Numbered from the stretch's first letter, positions 39,412 to 53,426 are shown. The stretch: DNA of 64,000 nt from Octopus sinensis (GCF_006345805.1 NC_043004.1:88536001-88600000); one strand, 5' to 3'. Numbers and translations are program-made. Notes: generated from the letters alone by a model not told the origin.

Positions 39412-41084
39412 ATATATTCTGTTATCATTTTACTTGTTTCATTCATTTAAAGAAAGGCTCGTACTTATTCTATCGGGCTTCTTTGCTGGCCCGCTAAGTT
39501 ACGTGGACTTAGACACACCAATGTCGGTTGTCAAGCGACGGTGGAGGGACGAACACAAACACAAAGATGCACATAAACTTACATTTCTGCATTGTTTTTC
39601 GAAACGCATTGGATCCAGTTTTATAATAAATCTATTTCTGTTCCAACATCTTATCTCCATTTTTTATGCTTGTTTATGATATATACTTATACTTATAACG
39701 AATCTCCTCAAATATGCGTGTTTGCATGTATGTATTATGCATGTATGTATACGACAGGTTTCTCACACAGTTTCTCACCATGGCGCGAGTCTATAGTAGA
39801 AGACATTTGCCTCGCAGTGGGACTGAACCCGAAACCATATGCTTTTGAGCAAAATTCTTTATCACACAGCTATGCCTGCACCTAGTCATGTCTGAAATTA
39901 ACCATGCATGAAAGAAATTATATAATTTTCATGGCATCGAAAAGAAACGGATTGAAGAGAGACATCTATAAACGGCTATTAGAATTCATATCGGTGCCTG
40001 TATAAAAGTTTCGATAGGAAGAAGAATTTTTCTTTTCTTTTCCTTTTTCTTTTTTCTTCTCTTTCTTCTTTTCTTTTCTCTCTTTTCTTTTTTTTTTTCG
40101 TTTCGTTGAATTAATCTATAAATACAAAAGATATTCTACATATTTACGTTCAGAACCTGACTACTGCCGATGAAAGCAAACCAGCGGCAAAGACAAGCTT
40201 GCGATAATAGTTTCACAACAGCTATTCATTGGCTACTTCAGGTTTGCATGAAATAACAAAGACCTGAACGGGTTGAGAAACATCATTGAAGGCTTTCGAT
40301 AACAGTATTTATGCTTTAACTTGTATAGACACGACCTATGTGAAAGTATCGTCTGATGTTTCTTGGAAGAAAGGACATGAAAAGCAATAGGATGGCGACG
40401 AGGGAGATGCATAATAGTTAGATGTACAGTGGATTTGTTACGGCTACAACATGTATATTTCTGTAAAATTCCTTCGTTTATCAAAACCTATAAACCAACA
40501 CACAAACAAAAGCAAGCGGTATATATATGTTCCGAGAAAGAAAAGAAAGAGAGAATAGTTATAATAATAATATTAGGAAAGATGAAGAAAAATGCTTGTC
40601 ACTATATGGAGAAATTGAGATAGACATGAAAAGAACTTAAGATGGATGACTTATGGAATTTGCTATGCAATAAATAGTTGGAAAAGGTAAAATAAAATCA
40701 AGGAAGTTTTTCCAACAAGCTGTCTCAGATGAATGATGCAGAGCGAGATGTTAGGAAATATATTCGCCATTTTGGAGACATGAAAATGTGTCTTCTTTAC
40801 AGAGAAAATGTTTTATATATTTAGTTGCATAATTTGTAAAAAAAAAAAAAAAAGAAAAAAGGCTACTGAAGGTATGTTCTATCTGAATATTCGAACAAGA
40901 ATTTCTACATGCTAGAAATAGCAGCCAAATTTCGATCAAAGCTATATCTTGCCGTCAGGAATTATGAATTGGATTCATTGGATGAAAGGACTATGGACAT
41001 ACAACATCAGAAAATATGACGGTTAATCATGGATGGAACGCTTCTGATCATTGAGTTCATTCATTCAATCTTCGCTTTAGGCTG

Positions 41085-41295
41085 AAGAAGAAGAAGAAGA
41101 AGAACAAGAACAAGAAGAAAAAGAACAAGAACAGGAACAAGAACAAGAAGAACAAGAAGAAGAACAAGAACAAGAAGAACAAGAAGAACAAGAAGAAGAA
41201 CAAGAAGAAGAACAAGAAGAAGAAGAAGAAGAAGAAGAAGAAGAAGAAGAAGAAGAAGAAAGAAGAAGAAGAAGAAGAAGAAGAAGAAGAAGAAG

Positions 41296-41326
<31 letters not shown>

Positions 41327-41368
41327 GCAACAACGACGACGAAAACGACTACGACGACGACAATAACA
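41085..41368. repeat. (GAA)n/(GAACAA)n/(CAA)n trinucleotide block
   Basis: Direct reading. Confidence 0.95.
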
Positions 41369-41399
41369 ATGGCATATTTAAATTTAAATTCGTTTCTTT

Positions 41400-42770
41400 C
41401 TGTTGATGGCACAGGACCTGAAGTTTCCAGTGCAAGGAGATAGTCCATTAGATTGACACTGATCATCAACTGGTACTTATTATATCGACCTCAAATGTCT
41501 CTAAGTATTTTGCCCAGCGTGCTAACGATTCTGCCATTTGTAGAACGACCGTGCGAAAGAAGAGGTGACGCGAATGGTTCCTTTAATACAACACACGGTC
41601 GATTACAATATTTGCGAAAGCAATAAATGAGTATGAGTGCCAGAAGGAAAAGAAACGACACAACCGGTAGAAGGTTAAGAGATTTTATTTAGTTTAATGT
41701 GTGTGTATGCGCCATAAGTACATATATAATAATAACAATAGACAGGCCGTCATGTATACATAATGTGTATGTGTGTGCATTAAACTACAGAGCATTGAAA
41801 AAAGTCTATAACAGGACGTTAGAAGAATGTTCAGACACAAGGATAAATAAATACCAGGCAGAGTTGACCTCGACGTTATTTGAACTCAGAGCATAAAACC
41901 GGAACAAACACCGCTAAGCGTTTTGTCCAGTATGCTAAAGATTCTTCTAACTTGCCGCCTGTGTTATCTAGATTTAAAACTTCGTGGAACTGTAACTACA
42001 GATTCTACAATACATGTGGCAATATTTGCTTTAAATTCGGCACAAGGCCAACAAATTTCGATGGAGTGGGATAAGGCGATAACATCGACCCTGGTGCTCA
42101 ACTGCTGCTTGTTTTATCGATTCCGAAAAGATGAAAGCAAAAGTCGACCTCGGGGGAACTTGAACTCAGAACAAAAAGACAGCCGAAATGCCGCTAAGTA
42201 TTTTGTCCAGCGTGCTAAGGATTCTGCCAACTCGCCACCTTATTCAGCTAAACGATATTGGTTCTAAATTTAAGAAAAAGACCTGAAAGCTTTTTGGGTA
42301 GTACGGAGTAAGTCGGTTACATCGACTCCAGTGTTCAACTGGTACTTATTTTATCGACGCCAAAAGGATTAAAAAGGTAAAGCCGACCTCGGCGAAATTT
42401 GGCCCCGGAACGTAAAGACGAATGAAATGCCGATAAGCATTTTGCCACCTTGCCGCCTGATTCGACCAAACAATATTAATGTCTCTATTTTTCCTGAGCT
42501 CTATAACTCATAAAGCTGGTTACTCGGTTTCCATGGTGTATAACAGACCGAGATCACAACATCTCCTTGACAAGGTTGATGGTCTCTTGCATGGTTCAAG
42601 TCCAGCTATCTTTAAAAGAAAGGGACCAAGTCGATTACATCGACCCCAGTACTTCACTTGTAACTTTCTTCATCGACCCCACAGGCTTGACAGGCAACGT
42701 CGACTCCAGACGGTAAAATATCGAAAGAAATGTCACTAAGCATTTTGTCCGACACGCTAACAATTTTATT
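41400..42770 (-). mobile_element. Cluster of about five partial SINE family A copies
   Basis: Recurrent AAAGTCGACCTCGG...GAACTCAGA...GCTAAGTATTTTGTCCAG motifs. Confidence 0.75.
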
Positions 42771-43785
42771 TCAAAATTTATTTCAAAAATTTTGCCATAA
42801 AGGCACGATACAGAGTAGCTTGCGGGCTGGACAAAGACATTGATGAGGTGAATGGTGATAAGGATGATATTAATGGGAGAAGACAAAAATCGCCCGCTGA
42901 TTCTTTGCTTCTCTAAAACATTATTCTCTTCTTTTTTTCACAGAAAAAGACAAAACGAGGTAATGAACCTCTTACTTCAGTTTCACAATTTTTGAGCTAA
43001 TAGTCCATTTAAGAATTGGGGCGTTAAACCCCTTAAAAACCATAACATGCAATAATATAATAAACATTACAACACTGAGGCTTTTCAGCCTTTTGTCATT
43101 ATTCCTCCCCGACATTGCTTGTGCCCGTATGCTCCATCAACCCCCATGCCTCATTCAAGACCAAGGCGGGATCCGAGCCGGCGTCGCCCGGCCACAAGCG
43201 ATATTCTTCGTTGAGTCCCTCCAGCCTACAGCCACAACCACCGTTATGACCTCCATAGCTATCTGCGGAGGCCACTCGGGATCCTGTGTGAAAGTTAAAG
43301 GTACTCCCTTATGATACCTTTCCACCACCTCTTCTACCTCTCCGCCTCTGTAGAAGGAGACCAATAGTTCCTCTTCTTCTGGGCTCAAGGTAGTCTATTC
43401 TACCGTTGGCGGCACAGTTCCCCACAACGGTGTCTCTTCCCATGCCGGTGGCACAACCCTTACCGGCAAGGTTCGAGTTCGACGCTACTTTTAACATCAC
43501 GCTAAACTGTACCAATATCAACAAGTGATGCCTTATTGGATCATACCCAAATCTAGTGAAATAAAAGCTTATGCTGACTGCGGCAGGATTCGAAACAGCA
43601 GAAACAGAATGCAACCAAATACAAACAGGCATTTATTTTATCTAGCGCTCTTCTATCGATTCTGATAATTCACCGCCCCCTTTTTTACTTCGCGTTAATT
43701 ATTGATACACTGCTGACGTAAACATCCAATAATGCTGTTAACGTTTTGTTAATTAGTATGCAGATGAGTCATTACTTAAAATGTT

Positions 43786-43997
<212 letters not shown>

Positions 43998-45441
43998 TGT
44001 AGTTATTTGCTTTGTTTTATTTTAATTGAAAAGTTCATAACATTCATAAATATTATGATAATCCGTGAAAGTTTTCAATGAGGGACGAGTTAGGAAAGAA
44101 ACAATAAAACAGAATTCTTCACAATAAAAGATTTGATAATATTTGTTCTTCGCTTCCTTTCCCCCCCCCCCCACTCCTTCTCCTTCTCTTCTTCCTCGTA
44201 TATTTACCTTGGAAAATTGATATGATTAAATTAAACTCTATTTGAAGTAATTAGTCGCTATAATTGTCAAGGTTTTGAAAGAAAGCAAAAGCGTAAGTCG
44301 GTGTTGGGTAAGTGAGGAATAATTATGAAAAATTATATTGGAACTAATTGAAAAATCAAACATACAAAGTCTTTAAAAAGACGCCAACGCAAAGCAGCTG
44401 TATATCTTGTAATCGATACCACAATAACAATAACCAATCAGAAGAATATTTTTCTGTCTTGCGTGTTAGAACTACAGAAATTTTATCAGTTTGTGATGGT
44501 GACGACGACGATGATAAGGATGATAGAAGTTGTAATAATTACATATGCTTTAGGCACAAGGCTTGGGATTTTTAGGGGAGAGAGATCGTAATCGATCTCA
44601 TCGAGCCCAGTACATAGCTGGTAGTTAATTTTCTCAATCCAGGAAGGATGAAAGGAAAAATTTACTTCGGTGCGATTGGGAATCAGAATGGATACAGTTA
44701 GAAATACTGGAAGACATATTTCCCGATACTTTAATGATTTCGTAATTGTTTCTAAAAAAAACAAAAAGAAAGGCACCAGGGCAGAAAGTTTGAGTGGAGG
44801 GGATTTCGTCAATTGCATCAACCAACCACTATACTTAGCTGGTACTTTATTATATCGACCCATGAATGAATGAAAGACTGATTTGAACACGGTGGGATTT
44901 TTCCAATGTTCAAACGGTTCTGCGATTCCACCGCCCTTTTAATAATAGTTCCAATGGCACAGGACCAGCACTTTTACGGGAAGGGTAAAGTCAATTACAT
45001 CGATTACATCAATTGGTACCTATTTTATCGACCTCGAAAGGATAAACAGCAACGTCTGCCTCGGAACGCTGAGCGTTTTGCCCGGCGTACTAACGATTCT
45101 GCCAGCTCGCCGTCTTTAATCGCCACTTTTATAATCTTTTCCACTTTAGCGTATTTTTCTCCTTACAATAAAATATAAAGGTTGCCCTTTGACATTTCAT
45201 AGCTCAAAAGGCGCGATCATCGATTTGTTTGAAAATTTGTCCAAATACTGCCCTACTTAGTCACAACTCACATAAAGAAATTCATACTGAGACTTCAATG
45301 GGAATTATTTTAATAATATGTTTAGTGTAACAAGTGGTGAAAAATTATCAAAATTCGCTTACTAAACAAGACAATTTGAGTTTGAAGGAGAAAACAAAGT
45401 GCTAATAATTAAAACAATCACTTTTATTATTTCAGTAATTT

Positions 45442-45837
45442 CCCAATGGTAAAAATATATCTGTAAAGGAATTTGACAAATTAAGTAAATATAAGGACCT
45501 GGAAATTGAAATACAAAAGATGTGGCATCTTAAAGCGAAAACTGTTCCTGTTTTTGTGGGTGCCCTTGGTATGATAAGGAAGGGATGTCAGAAACATCTA
45601 GATAATATCCCAGGAGAACCATGTCTCAGAGAAATTCAAAAGATTGTGCTGACAAGTACTGCCGATATCGTTAAAAAACTCCAATTTAAATGTCTGTGTT
45701 GTATTACATGAAGATATTTCACTACTTCCCCTTCCGAAGCTTTCAATCATACTGTAGCATCTCTTATCCTTCACTCGCCCTAGGACGTTGAGTGTGTCTC
45801 GGCAAGTGATTGTAACAAACATGCAGATTAAAAGTAA
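45442..45837 (+). mobile_element. R4/Dong-clade non-LTR retrotransposon 3' end (restriction-like endonuclease C-terminus + 3' UTR)
   Basis: PNGKNISVKEFDKLSKYKDLEIEIQKMWHLKAKTVPVFVGALGMIRKGCQKHLDNIPG...EIQKIVLTSTADIVKK; ends in (TAA)n at 45838-46023. Confidence 0.8.
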
Positions 45838-45964
45838 ATAATAATAACAACAATAATAATAATAATAATAGTAATAATAATAATAATAATAAATAATAAT
45901 AATAATAATAATAATAACAACAATAACAATAATAATAATAATGATGATAATAATAATAATAATG

Positions 45965-46023
<59 letters not shown>

Positions 46024-46024
<1 letters not shown>

Positions 46025-46566
46025 CCCTGATGCAGTACCAGGCAGTGGCTCTCATGGCTTCTGATCTTAACTGATTGGAAGTGTTATCATGTACATTGTT
46101 TTGTCTTGGTATAAAAGATGGGCTACAACAAATATTCTGCTCAATACCACAGATTTGCTTGTCAGTTGTTTGACCTTAACCAGTTGAGCATGTCTCTTAG
46201 TGGCTGACGATATGTGCATCTCTGATCACGAGCAGAAGTAGTGGGGGAGCATCATAGCCATGTGTTGAGAGGGATTCTTTGGGGTTTGAATAATTCACCT
46301 CTGGAAACATGGGTATTTCGTTCAATATCCTTAAACAACCCTTATTCGGAGACCTTTTGAGCGGGATGGGCTACTCAACCTGAAGAAAATTGTAACTGGG
46401 CCCCACCTGCAAGGGCATGTGCTGTTTATCTTGATATGTCGCGCACATATGATTGTGATGCCTGTGCCTGGTGTACCCTTATCAGACGGGTAGTCATGAT
46501 GGGTATACTGGGCTTCGTATATTTTACCCCAGTGTCACTTTGATGGCATGCACTGCTCTCTCACTC
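46024..46566 (+). mobile_element. 543-bp non-coding element flanked on both sides by (TAA)n
   Basis: Sharp boundaries against AAT arrays; further copies at 3443-3814 and 5388-5486. Confidence 0.8.
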
Positions 46567-46589
46567 AATAATAATAATAATAATGATAA

Positions 46590-47090
46590 TAATAATAATC
46601 TTTCTACAATAGTCACAAGGTCAGCAATTTCGTTTGGTGGAAATAGTCGATCACCTCGACCTTAGTGCTTGACTGGTACTTATTTCATCGACCCCAAGGG
46701 GATGAAAAACAAAGTTGATCTCGACAGACTTTGAAAGCAGAAGGTAAACACGTACGAAATGCCACCAAGTATTTTGCCTCTGGGCAAAATACTTTGGATG
46801 AAGATGAGGATGGTGATGATGAGGATTTTTCTGTGTTTCACATCAGTCGTTTTATGTAGGAAGAGCAACAACTGGATTGTATTATATTCCTTTCTGCCAT
46901 AGGCACAAAGCCTGAAATTTTGCGGGAGGAGACTTGTCGAGTTCATCGACCCCAGTGTTCAACTGGTACTTATTTTATTGATTCTGAAAGGATGAAAAGC
47001 AAAGTCAACCTCGGCAGAATTTGAGCTCAGCACGAATAGACGGACGAAATGCCGCTAGGCATGTTCCTCGGCGTGCTAACGACTCAGGGA
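46590..47090 (-). mobile_element. Two SINE family A copies
   Basis: CATCGACCCCAAGGGGATGAAAAACAAAGTTG and GAAAGGATGAAAAGCAAAGTCAACCTCGGCAGAATTTGAGCTCAG. Confidence 0.75.
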
Positions 47091-48905
47091 GCTCATAAAT
47101 TTCTGGATTACATTATATCAAAGCAACAAAACTATTGCAAAAATCAATATAGGAAAAAGAGTAGGATTTTAACTAGATTTGGGAATAAGTGTTTCCTTAC
47201 ATCCCCTCTTCTTTTGGCTTATGCAACGAGAAATGAGAAAAATTACCTATGTTTTAAAATTGCATGACCCGGAGACATAACGCCAGAATCCTTTCATTTT
47301 TAGATTCCATCAGAAAAAATACAGCTTGTGTCTGATGAATTCTTCTATGTCCCTTGAAGATCTGGCAACAAGCTTTGTTTAAATTTAGCCAAACAATACA
47401 AAAACACCTAAAATCTATGTCTTACGTCATTAATAAAAACCTAATAGCTGGAGAATACAATTTTATATTTCGTCAGGCTCATGAATAAAGTAAGAATTTC
47501 TTTGTAATAGCATTCTGTACTTACCTTATTTAAACTCGTGACTGCTTGCAGGTTCCACCTTGTCTGGTATTTGTAATGTAACATTTGTCATGTCACTCAC
47601 AATATTGTTGGCTTCTTTTTTTTTTTCCTCTTTCTTTGCTTACAGCTATTATACAGAAAATAAATTAGTTTTAAAAACATTTATACAAGAATCTACTATT
47701 GTATATTAAGATGTATTTTATATGTAAATATTACTCATGTTTTCAAATATTTATATATTATTGAAAATAAAAATATAATTCAATTGAATACTATATATCA
47801 TCCAGACGTCATTTCGACCGAACTTAGAATTAATAATTGTTTAAAATGTCTCAGTGTTCTTACTGCCTCAAATATTCTGATTTCAGGTTAGTTATAAACA
47901 ATATTGGATATACTGTTAGCAGGATATCTCCTTTATGATACTAAATAAAGTAAAACTAAAAAGTAAAAGTGAATGTAAGAGTGAAATGAATAAAAGATAA
48001 ATGGTGAAAAATGCAGAATGTAAAATAAGGAGATAGTGAAAGCGAAAGTGGGTGTTTGAGGAAGAAAGAAAACAGAATTTATAAAACTAGAAAAAACAAT
48101 GAAAAGAACGATTGTTTGAATATAAACGAGAAATAGAAAGAAGAAAAGAGTAGGAAATGTAACATTATTGATTAACCGATGACTAAATGTATTTCTCATA
48201 CTCTGGTTCACTGCATATTATTTGGCATGTTTGAGGAGCAAACATCGTGAATTGTTGCTTGGAAGGTTAATGGTTCGATGCATCATATGTTCAGCCTTTT
48301 GCACATCTGTTTGTCTTGTTTGACAGCGATTGGAGGAGAGGTGGAAGTAGGAGAAGTGAGTGCTGTGATAAATTTACGCTGACTGGTGTCGATAACATTT
48401 ACCACGCCAGTGTAGAGAATGACTGCTAAGTGAAAGAATCACGACATTGGTGGATATAATTTTAGAGGAAGTGTGAAGATCTCGTTTCAGACAGCAACGG
48501 AAGAGGCCGGACGGCTAACGGCCAAAGAAAGATTAAATGAGAAGTATTTTATCGAAAACATTTTATTTTATATTAACTCAAAAATAGAAATGATATAACC
48601 ATACTGCTATCAACCCGTCAATTAGTATTCTATTGATATAACCATACTGCTATCAACCCGTCAATTTGTATTTCAAGTGGATAATATATTGTCTTAGAAG
48701 TAGTGTTCAGGTGCAGCTATGAAAACTTAACTTTAGACATATAAGTCAGAAATGTGTATCTTGTGTTAGTCTTGGGTTCAGCAGAATAAAGTTCACAGAA
48801 GTCTGGAATAAGATTTGAACCAAAGTTTAAAAAATTATTTGTTAAAAAGTAATTGTCTTCCTTTAAGGTATATTTTTTGTTATTTCTCTTTAAGATATAT
48901 TTTGG

Positions 48906-49194
48906 TGTGGAGGCACATGGCCTAGTGGTTAGAGCAGCGTACTCGCGGGTTCGAATCTCAGACCGGGTGATGCGTGTGTTTATGAGCGAAACACCTAAGC
49001 TCCACGCGGCTCCGGCAGAAGGTAATGGCGAACTTCTGCTGACAATTTCGCCACAACTTTCTCTCACTCTTTCCTCCTGCATCTTTCAGCTCATCTGCGA
49101 CGGACCAGCGTCCCGTCCAGATGGGGAACCTATACACCAAGGAAACCGGGAAACTAGCCCTTATGATTCAGGCATGGCTCGAGAAGGAACAAAC
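48906..49194 (+). mobile_element. SINE family D with V-domain-like core
   Basis: tRNA-like head TGGCCTAGTGG...GGGTTCGAATCTC; CTGCGACGGACCAGCGTCCCGTCCAG (49095-49120) resembles the V-SINE domain. Tail also appears reversed at ~53956-54030. Confidence 0.75.
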
Positions 49195-49213
49195 GATATA
49201 TTTTGGTAGATAC

Positions 49214-49425
49214 GCGGTGAGCTGGCATATTAGTTAACTGGCCGGCCAAAATTCTTAGCGGCATTTCGTCCGGCTTTACGTTCTCAGTTCAAATCCCGCC
49301 AAGGTCGACTTTGCCTTTTATCTTTTTGGGGTCGATAAATAAATGCCAATTGAGCACGGGGGTCGATGTAATCGACAACCCGCCTCCCCCAAAACTGCTG
49401 GCCTTTCACTAAACTTTGAAACCAA
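49214..49425 (+). mobile_element. SINE family A
   Basis: GGTGAGCTGGCA...CAGTTCAAATCCCGCCAAGGTCGACTTTGCC...GGGGTCGATAAA. Confidence 0.8.
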
Positions 49426-51436
49426 AATATATTTTGATATTAATTGAATTTTACTACTCAACAGTCGTTACATTGTTCCCTTGGAAGAATTTTCTAACTC
49501 TGCTAGTTTTGCTATACATTGCCAGAAGTGAGGCAAAAGATAATAAGAGAGTTTGATTAGTATCCTATTCACGACTGCATTTTTAGTTGAACAACTCAAC
49601 ATTATGGAAGCTAAATATAAAACCTGGTCGTAGAAAGCTCTTTGAGAAAGTAAAAGAATCTTCTTTCAGTTTGGTAAAATACTGATCAGCTCACACGTGA
49701 GTATTGAATAGACTACTTCTTGCTTCAGCAGCGTAGCTGGTGGGTGTCATGAGGCAAACTGCTCCAGGCCTACTCGGGTATCTCGGCGACACACAGTCGA
49801 GCTACATCACTGCCTTGTCTTTCAAAAACAAAAAGAGTAGACGATGAAGAATATTTGTCGTCGACGGTCTGACTATATGCAGTAAATGAAGAACCACTCC
49901 CCAGGCTTCAACCCAACAACACTTTTGTCTTTTTTTCCCCTCCATCAATGAACCACAGCCCGGAATGCTTCACTTTCTACTCTTTATCGATATTATTGGA
50001 TTTATTGATATTCTATGAACTCACTGATGGATGATAAATTATTGTGAACACAAACCCTCACCATATTTTTCATATTCCCAGCCTTTACCTAATTACAATT
50101 TATTATCTAGCAACCTCTGGCCATGAATGAAAATACAGTGCTACACTTCGATAAGCTGTAAGTTATTACCGCAAAAACAAAAGACATATATAAAAAAGAG
50201 TGTGAGTGGCAAAAACCAAATATTGTAGAATCTCCATTTGGGAAACGGTAAATTCTGGGTGTGTTGTATTTGTACATCTTATGCAGGTGTCTTTCTTATC
50301 TCTAGCCTTGAGATACATAAGGTCGGTTATTTGCTTTCCAGAACAGGGCGCCGATCCGTTGCATTCAAGGTCAACTATTTGGAGGTGAAAGGGCAAATCG
50401 CTTACATCGCCCCCCAGTACTTGACTTACTTATTTTATCGACCCCCAAAGGGATGAAAGGTTATGCTGATTTCAGCGGGATTTGAACTCAGACCATAAAG
50501 ATCCAAAAGAGATGACGTTAAGCGTTTTATCCGAAGTGCAAACGATTCAGCCATTTTGTCATCTTATGGTGTCTATACTCATAATATCGCAATTAGTAGT
50601 CTTATCCTTTGTCTACATGGAAAATTATAGCCAAAGAAAGCATATCAGTTGCACCTTCTCATACAAAGAATGTGTGAAAAACAACGTGATCAGAAACACT
50701 GTCCTTGGGATACAACTGAATCTCTTGCACGTCAGGGCTACAACAGAGTAAGTTGATTTGACTCCTCACAACTCAACAGGGTCGCTCAATTGTGACTTTG
50801 ATGAAGTTAGGAAATACATTATTTCATTTTATCCTGACAATGGAAATAAGCCTCATTTACGCACACACATACATCAATAGATAAACGTGTTTTAGTCCAT
50901 TTTAGAGTAAATGTAAGCTTGTAGAAATAGCTATCCATCACTGAAGATTGATTGTAATAATTTGCTATCGTATCAGAACCTATTTAGTGTAGCTAAATGA
51001 CAATAACGGGATTTCCAGAGCTTAAAAATTGCTGTCACTGAATAACTATAAAATAAATAAAAAGAAAACGAAACGAAAAAAATGAAAGCGCTGAAGGATT
51101 TACAAAAGATACATTTGTCATATGAGCTGATAGACAAGAGAACCCAAGCCAAAAGCATCGTTCTGGTAAAGAAGATATTCAAAAACATGAAAATAGTAAT
51201 AATGATACACGAAGAGTTGCTGTACTCGAAGCGATAATTGACTGAGAATGAAGAATGGGTTTTAAATAATGAACGCAAGTAATGTAATGGAATTATAATC
51301 AGCAGGAACTCCATATTTAAAGAGATTACTGTAATATGAAAGAAAATGCCTGGATATAATAGTAGACACTTCAAAATATTAGAAGACGTCACATTGTAAA
51401 TTTATTTAACCAAATCTAATGGAAGGGAAAAGATGA

Positions 51437-51478
<42 letters not shown>

Positions 51479-51720
51479 ATATATACATATATACATATAT
51501 ATAGCTGAATAAGAAATAGGAAGTCCTAGGTACAGCATTATATATTTGGAAAAATGAATGGAAATGGTTTTTCAGGTAATTTTCCCATTTTCTATTAATA
51601 ATTAGGCGTTTACCTAATAACTTATAAATATCTAATTATTAGAGCGGAATGTTATTTGTGAAGCAATTTCTTTTAATTTTTTTTCTTATATAATATATAT
51701 ATATATATATATTATATATA

Positions 51721-52038
51721 ATATTATTAGAGACAAAACCACTATTTTGCAAAACAAACAAGGAAAGACTTAATCAATACATAAAATTTTAATAAATAGT
51801 CAAAAAAACCTGAATTATTGGAAGTCCACCTGAAGATTGTCGATCAAGACAAGAAACGATTGTAGTGGCGGTTTTTCTGACTATTTATTAAAATTTTATG
51901 TATTGATTAAGTCTTTCCTTGTTTGTTTTGCAAAATAGTGGTTTTGTCTCTAATAATATTTTATATTTTACTATAAATCGATTTAATCCTAAATCTGATT
52001 TTTTCCCTGTAAATTTGGATTTATTCCCTAATATTTAT
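51721..52038 (+). mobile_element. Fold-back element with intact hammerhead in the loop and a one-sided tail
   Basis: Near-perfect 90-bp arms 51721-51810 and 51870-51959; tail to ~52038; inserted in (TA)n. Confidence 0.85.
51826..51868 (+). ncRNA. Minimal type-I hammerhead ribozyme, intact core
   Basis: CCAC-CTGAAGA-TTGTC gatcaa GACAA-GAA-ACGATTGT-A-GTGG; predicted cleavage after GUA at 51864. Confidence 0.8.
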
Positions 52039-52186
52039 TATTATATATATATATATATATATATTTGTGTTTGTATGTATGTGTGTGCGTGTATGCATTA
52101 GGTAATGAGTACAAGAGAAAATAGCATGGGAGGGACAAGTCGTAGCAATATTATGTTAGTTTAACGATTAAATAAAAATAAAAGGT

Positions 52187-52220
52187 CTTGACGTTTCAGA
52201 TGCTACTCCTTCATCAGAAG
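52187..52220 (-). ncRNA. Minimal hammerhead ribozyme motif, intact core
   Basis: RC: CTT-CTGATGA-A-GGA gtagca TCT-GAA-ACGT-C-AAG; GUC cleavage triplet, short stems. Confidence 0.6.
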
Positions 52221-52292
52221 TAAAATAGAAGAATCACAAAATCTGGTTGGAAATCAATGGGAGTTACGAAGATGAGAGAAGTGGGCTGATTA

Positions 52293-52334
<42 letters not shown>

Positions 52335-52859
52335 ATATATATATATATAAATTGAGAGAGAGAAAAGGAGAGATGGATGCATACAAGCATACATTCATAC
52401 ATACAGTAAATCCTGGAGTATAGTCCACCCTTGAGTATAATACGTAGGGGATTTTTAGTGGACTGTACCGCTGAAAATCCTAAACCTTATAGTTTGTAAG
52501 ATAAAAGGAGTAACTGGACTAAACACTAGTGCAACGAAGATTTGAGTCATTCTGTATCGCACTGTTCACATGCTATTTTTAATTAAGAGTAACTAATAAA
52601 GAAATTATGGATTACACCCCTTGTTTCAATTGACCAAGATTATTCACTCACTTAATGATTTTCTCAATGTTATATATTTTTAATAATCAAAATAACTTGG
52701 TTAACAATACTAAGTATGCTTGCGTCGACCTTAACATGTCTGTTAATATATTATGTTTAGAAAAACAGTCTACAAGAACAATAGAATTTTGGTAAGCTGC
52801 CGGTGAGCCAAGTCTATGAGAACGTCGTCTTATCATTTGAAACAATTTAACTGTATTTC

Positions 52860-52918
52860 TTTGAAATTATCATCATTATTATTTTTTTTAACACCAATAC
52901 CAGTACTACTACTACCAG

Positions 52919-53013
<95 letters not shown>

Positions 53014-53019
53014 TAATAA

Positions 53020-53051
<32 letters not shown>

Positions 53052-53087
53052 TAATAATAATATAATAATAATATTATTATTATTATT
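52860..53087. repeat. (CTA)n(TAA)n block
   Basis: Direct reading. Confidence 0.95.
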
Positions 53088-53426
53088 TCCTACCTGCTTT
53101 CTTTGACTATTTTCGACTGGATACAATAGTTGATAACCTGGTGTGATAAAGATTCTCTCTTAATTGTTCTGTAGAAAGACTGAATGTAAACTTCATTAGT
53201 AACCCAGCTGTGCGTTAAAATTGACAAGATAATTCTTATATAGGGATAAATAATGAAGGTGACCATATTTTTCAACAGCGTAATTGCGAAAATATATAGA
53301 GGTCGATCATTATAAAAAGAAAACGTGTTCTTCGTTGTGCGCATGTGCTAAGTCGCTGTTAGAAAGCTAATCTTATAAACGCACGTTAACCCTTCGGTCT
53401 TTGTCGAGACACTGTTGAGACATATA

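Noticed and set aside
47525-47645. Minus-strand exon-like segment with branch point, AG and GTAAGT
   Set aside because: All three frames contain stops and equally good splice signals exist on the + strand.
48592-48667. Tandem duplication of TGATATAACCATACTGCTATCAACCCGTCAATT
   Set aside because: Two copies only; an ordinary local duplication, not a CRISPR-like array.
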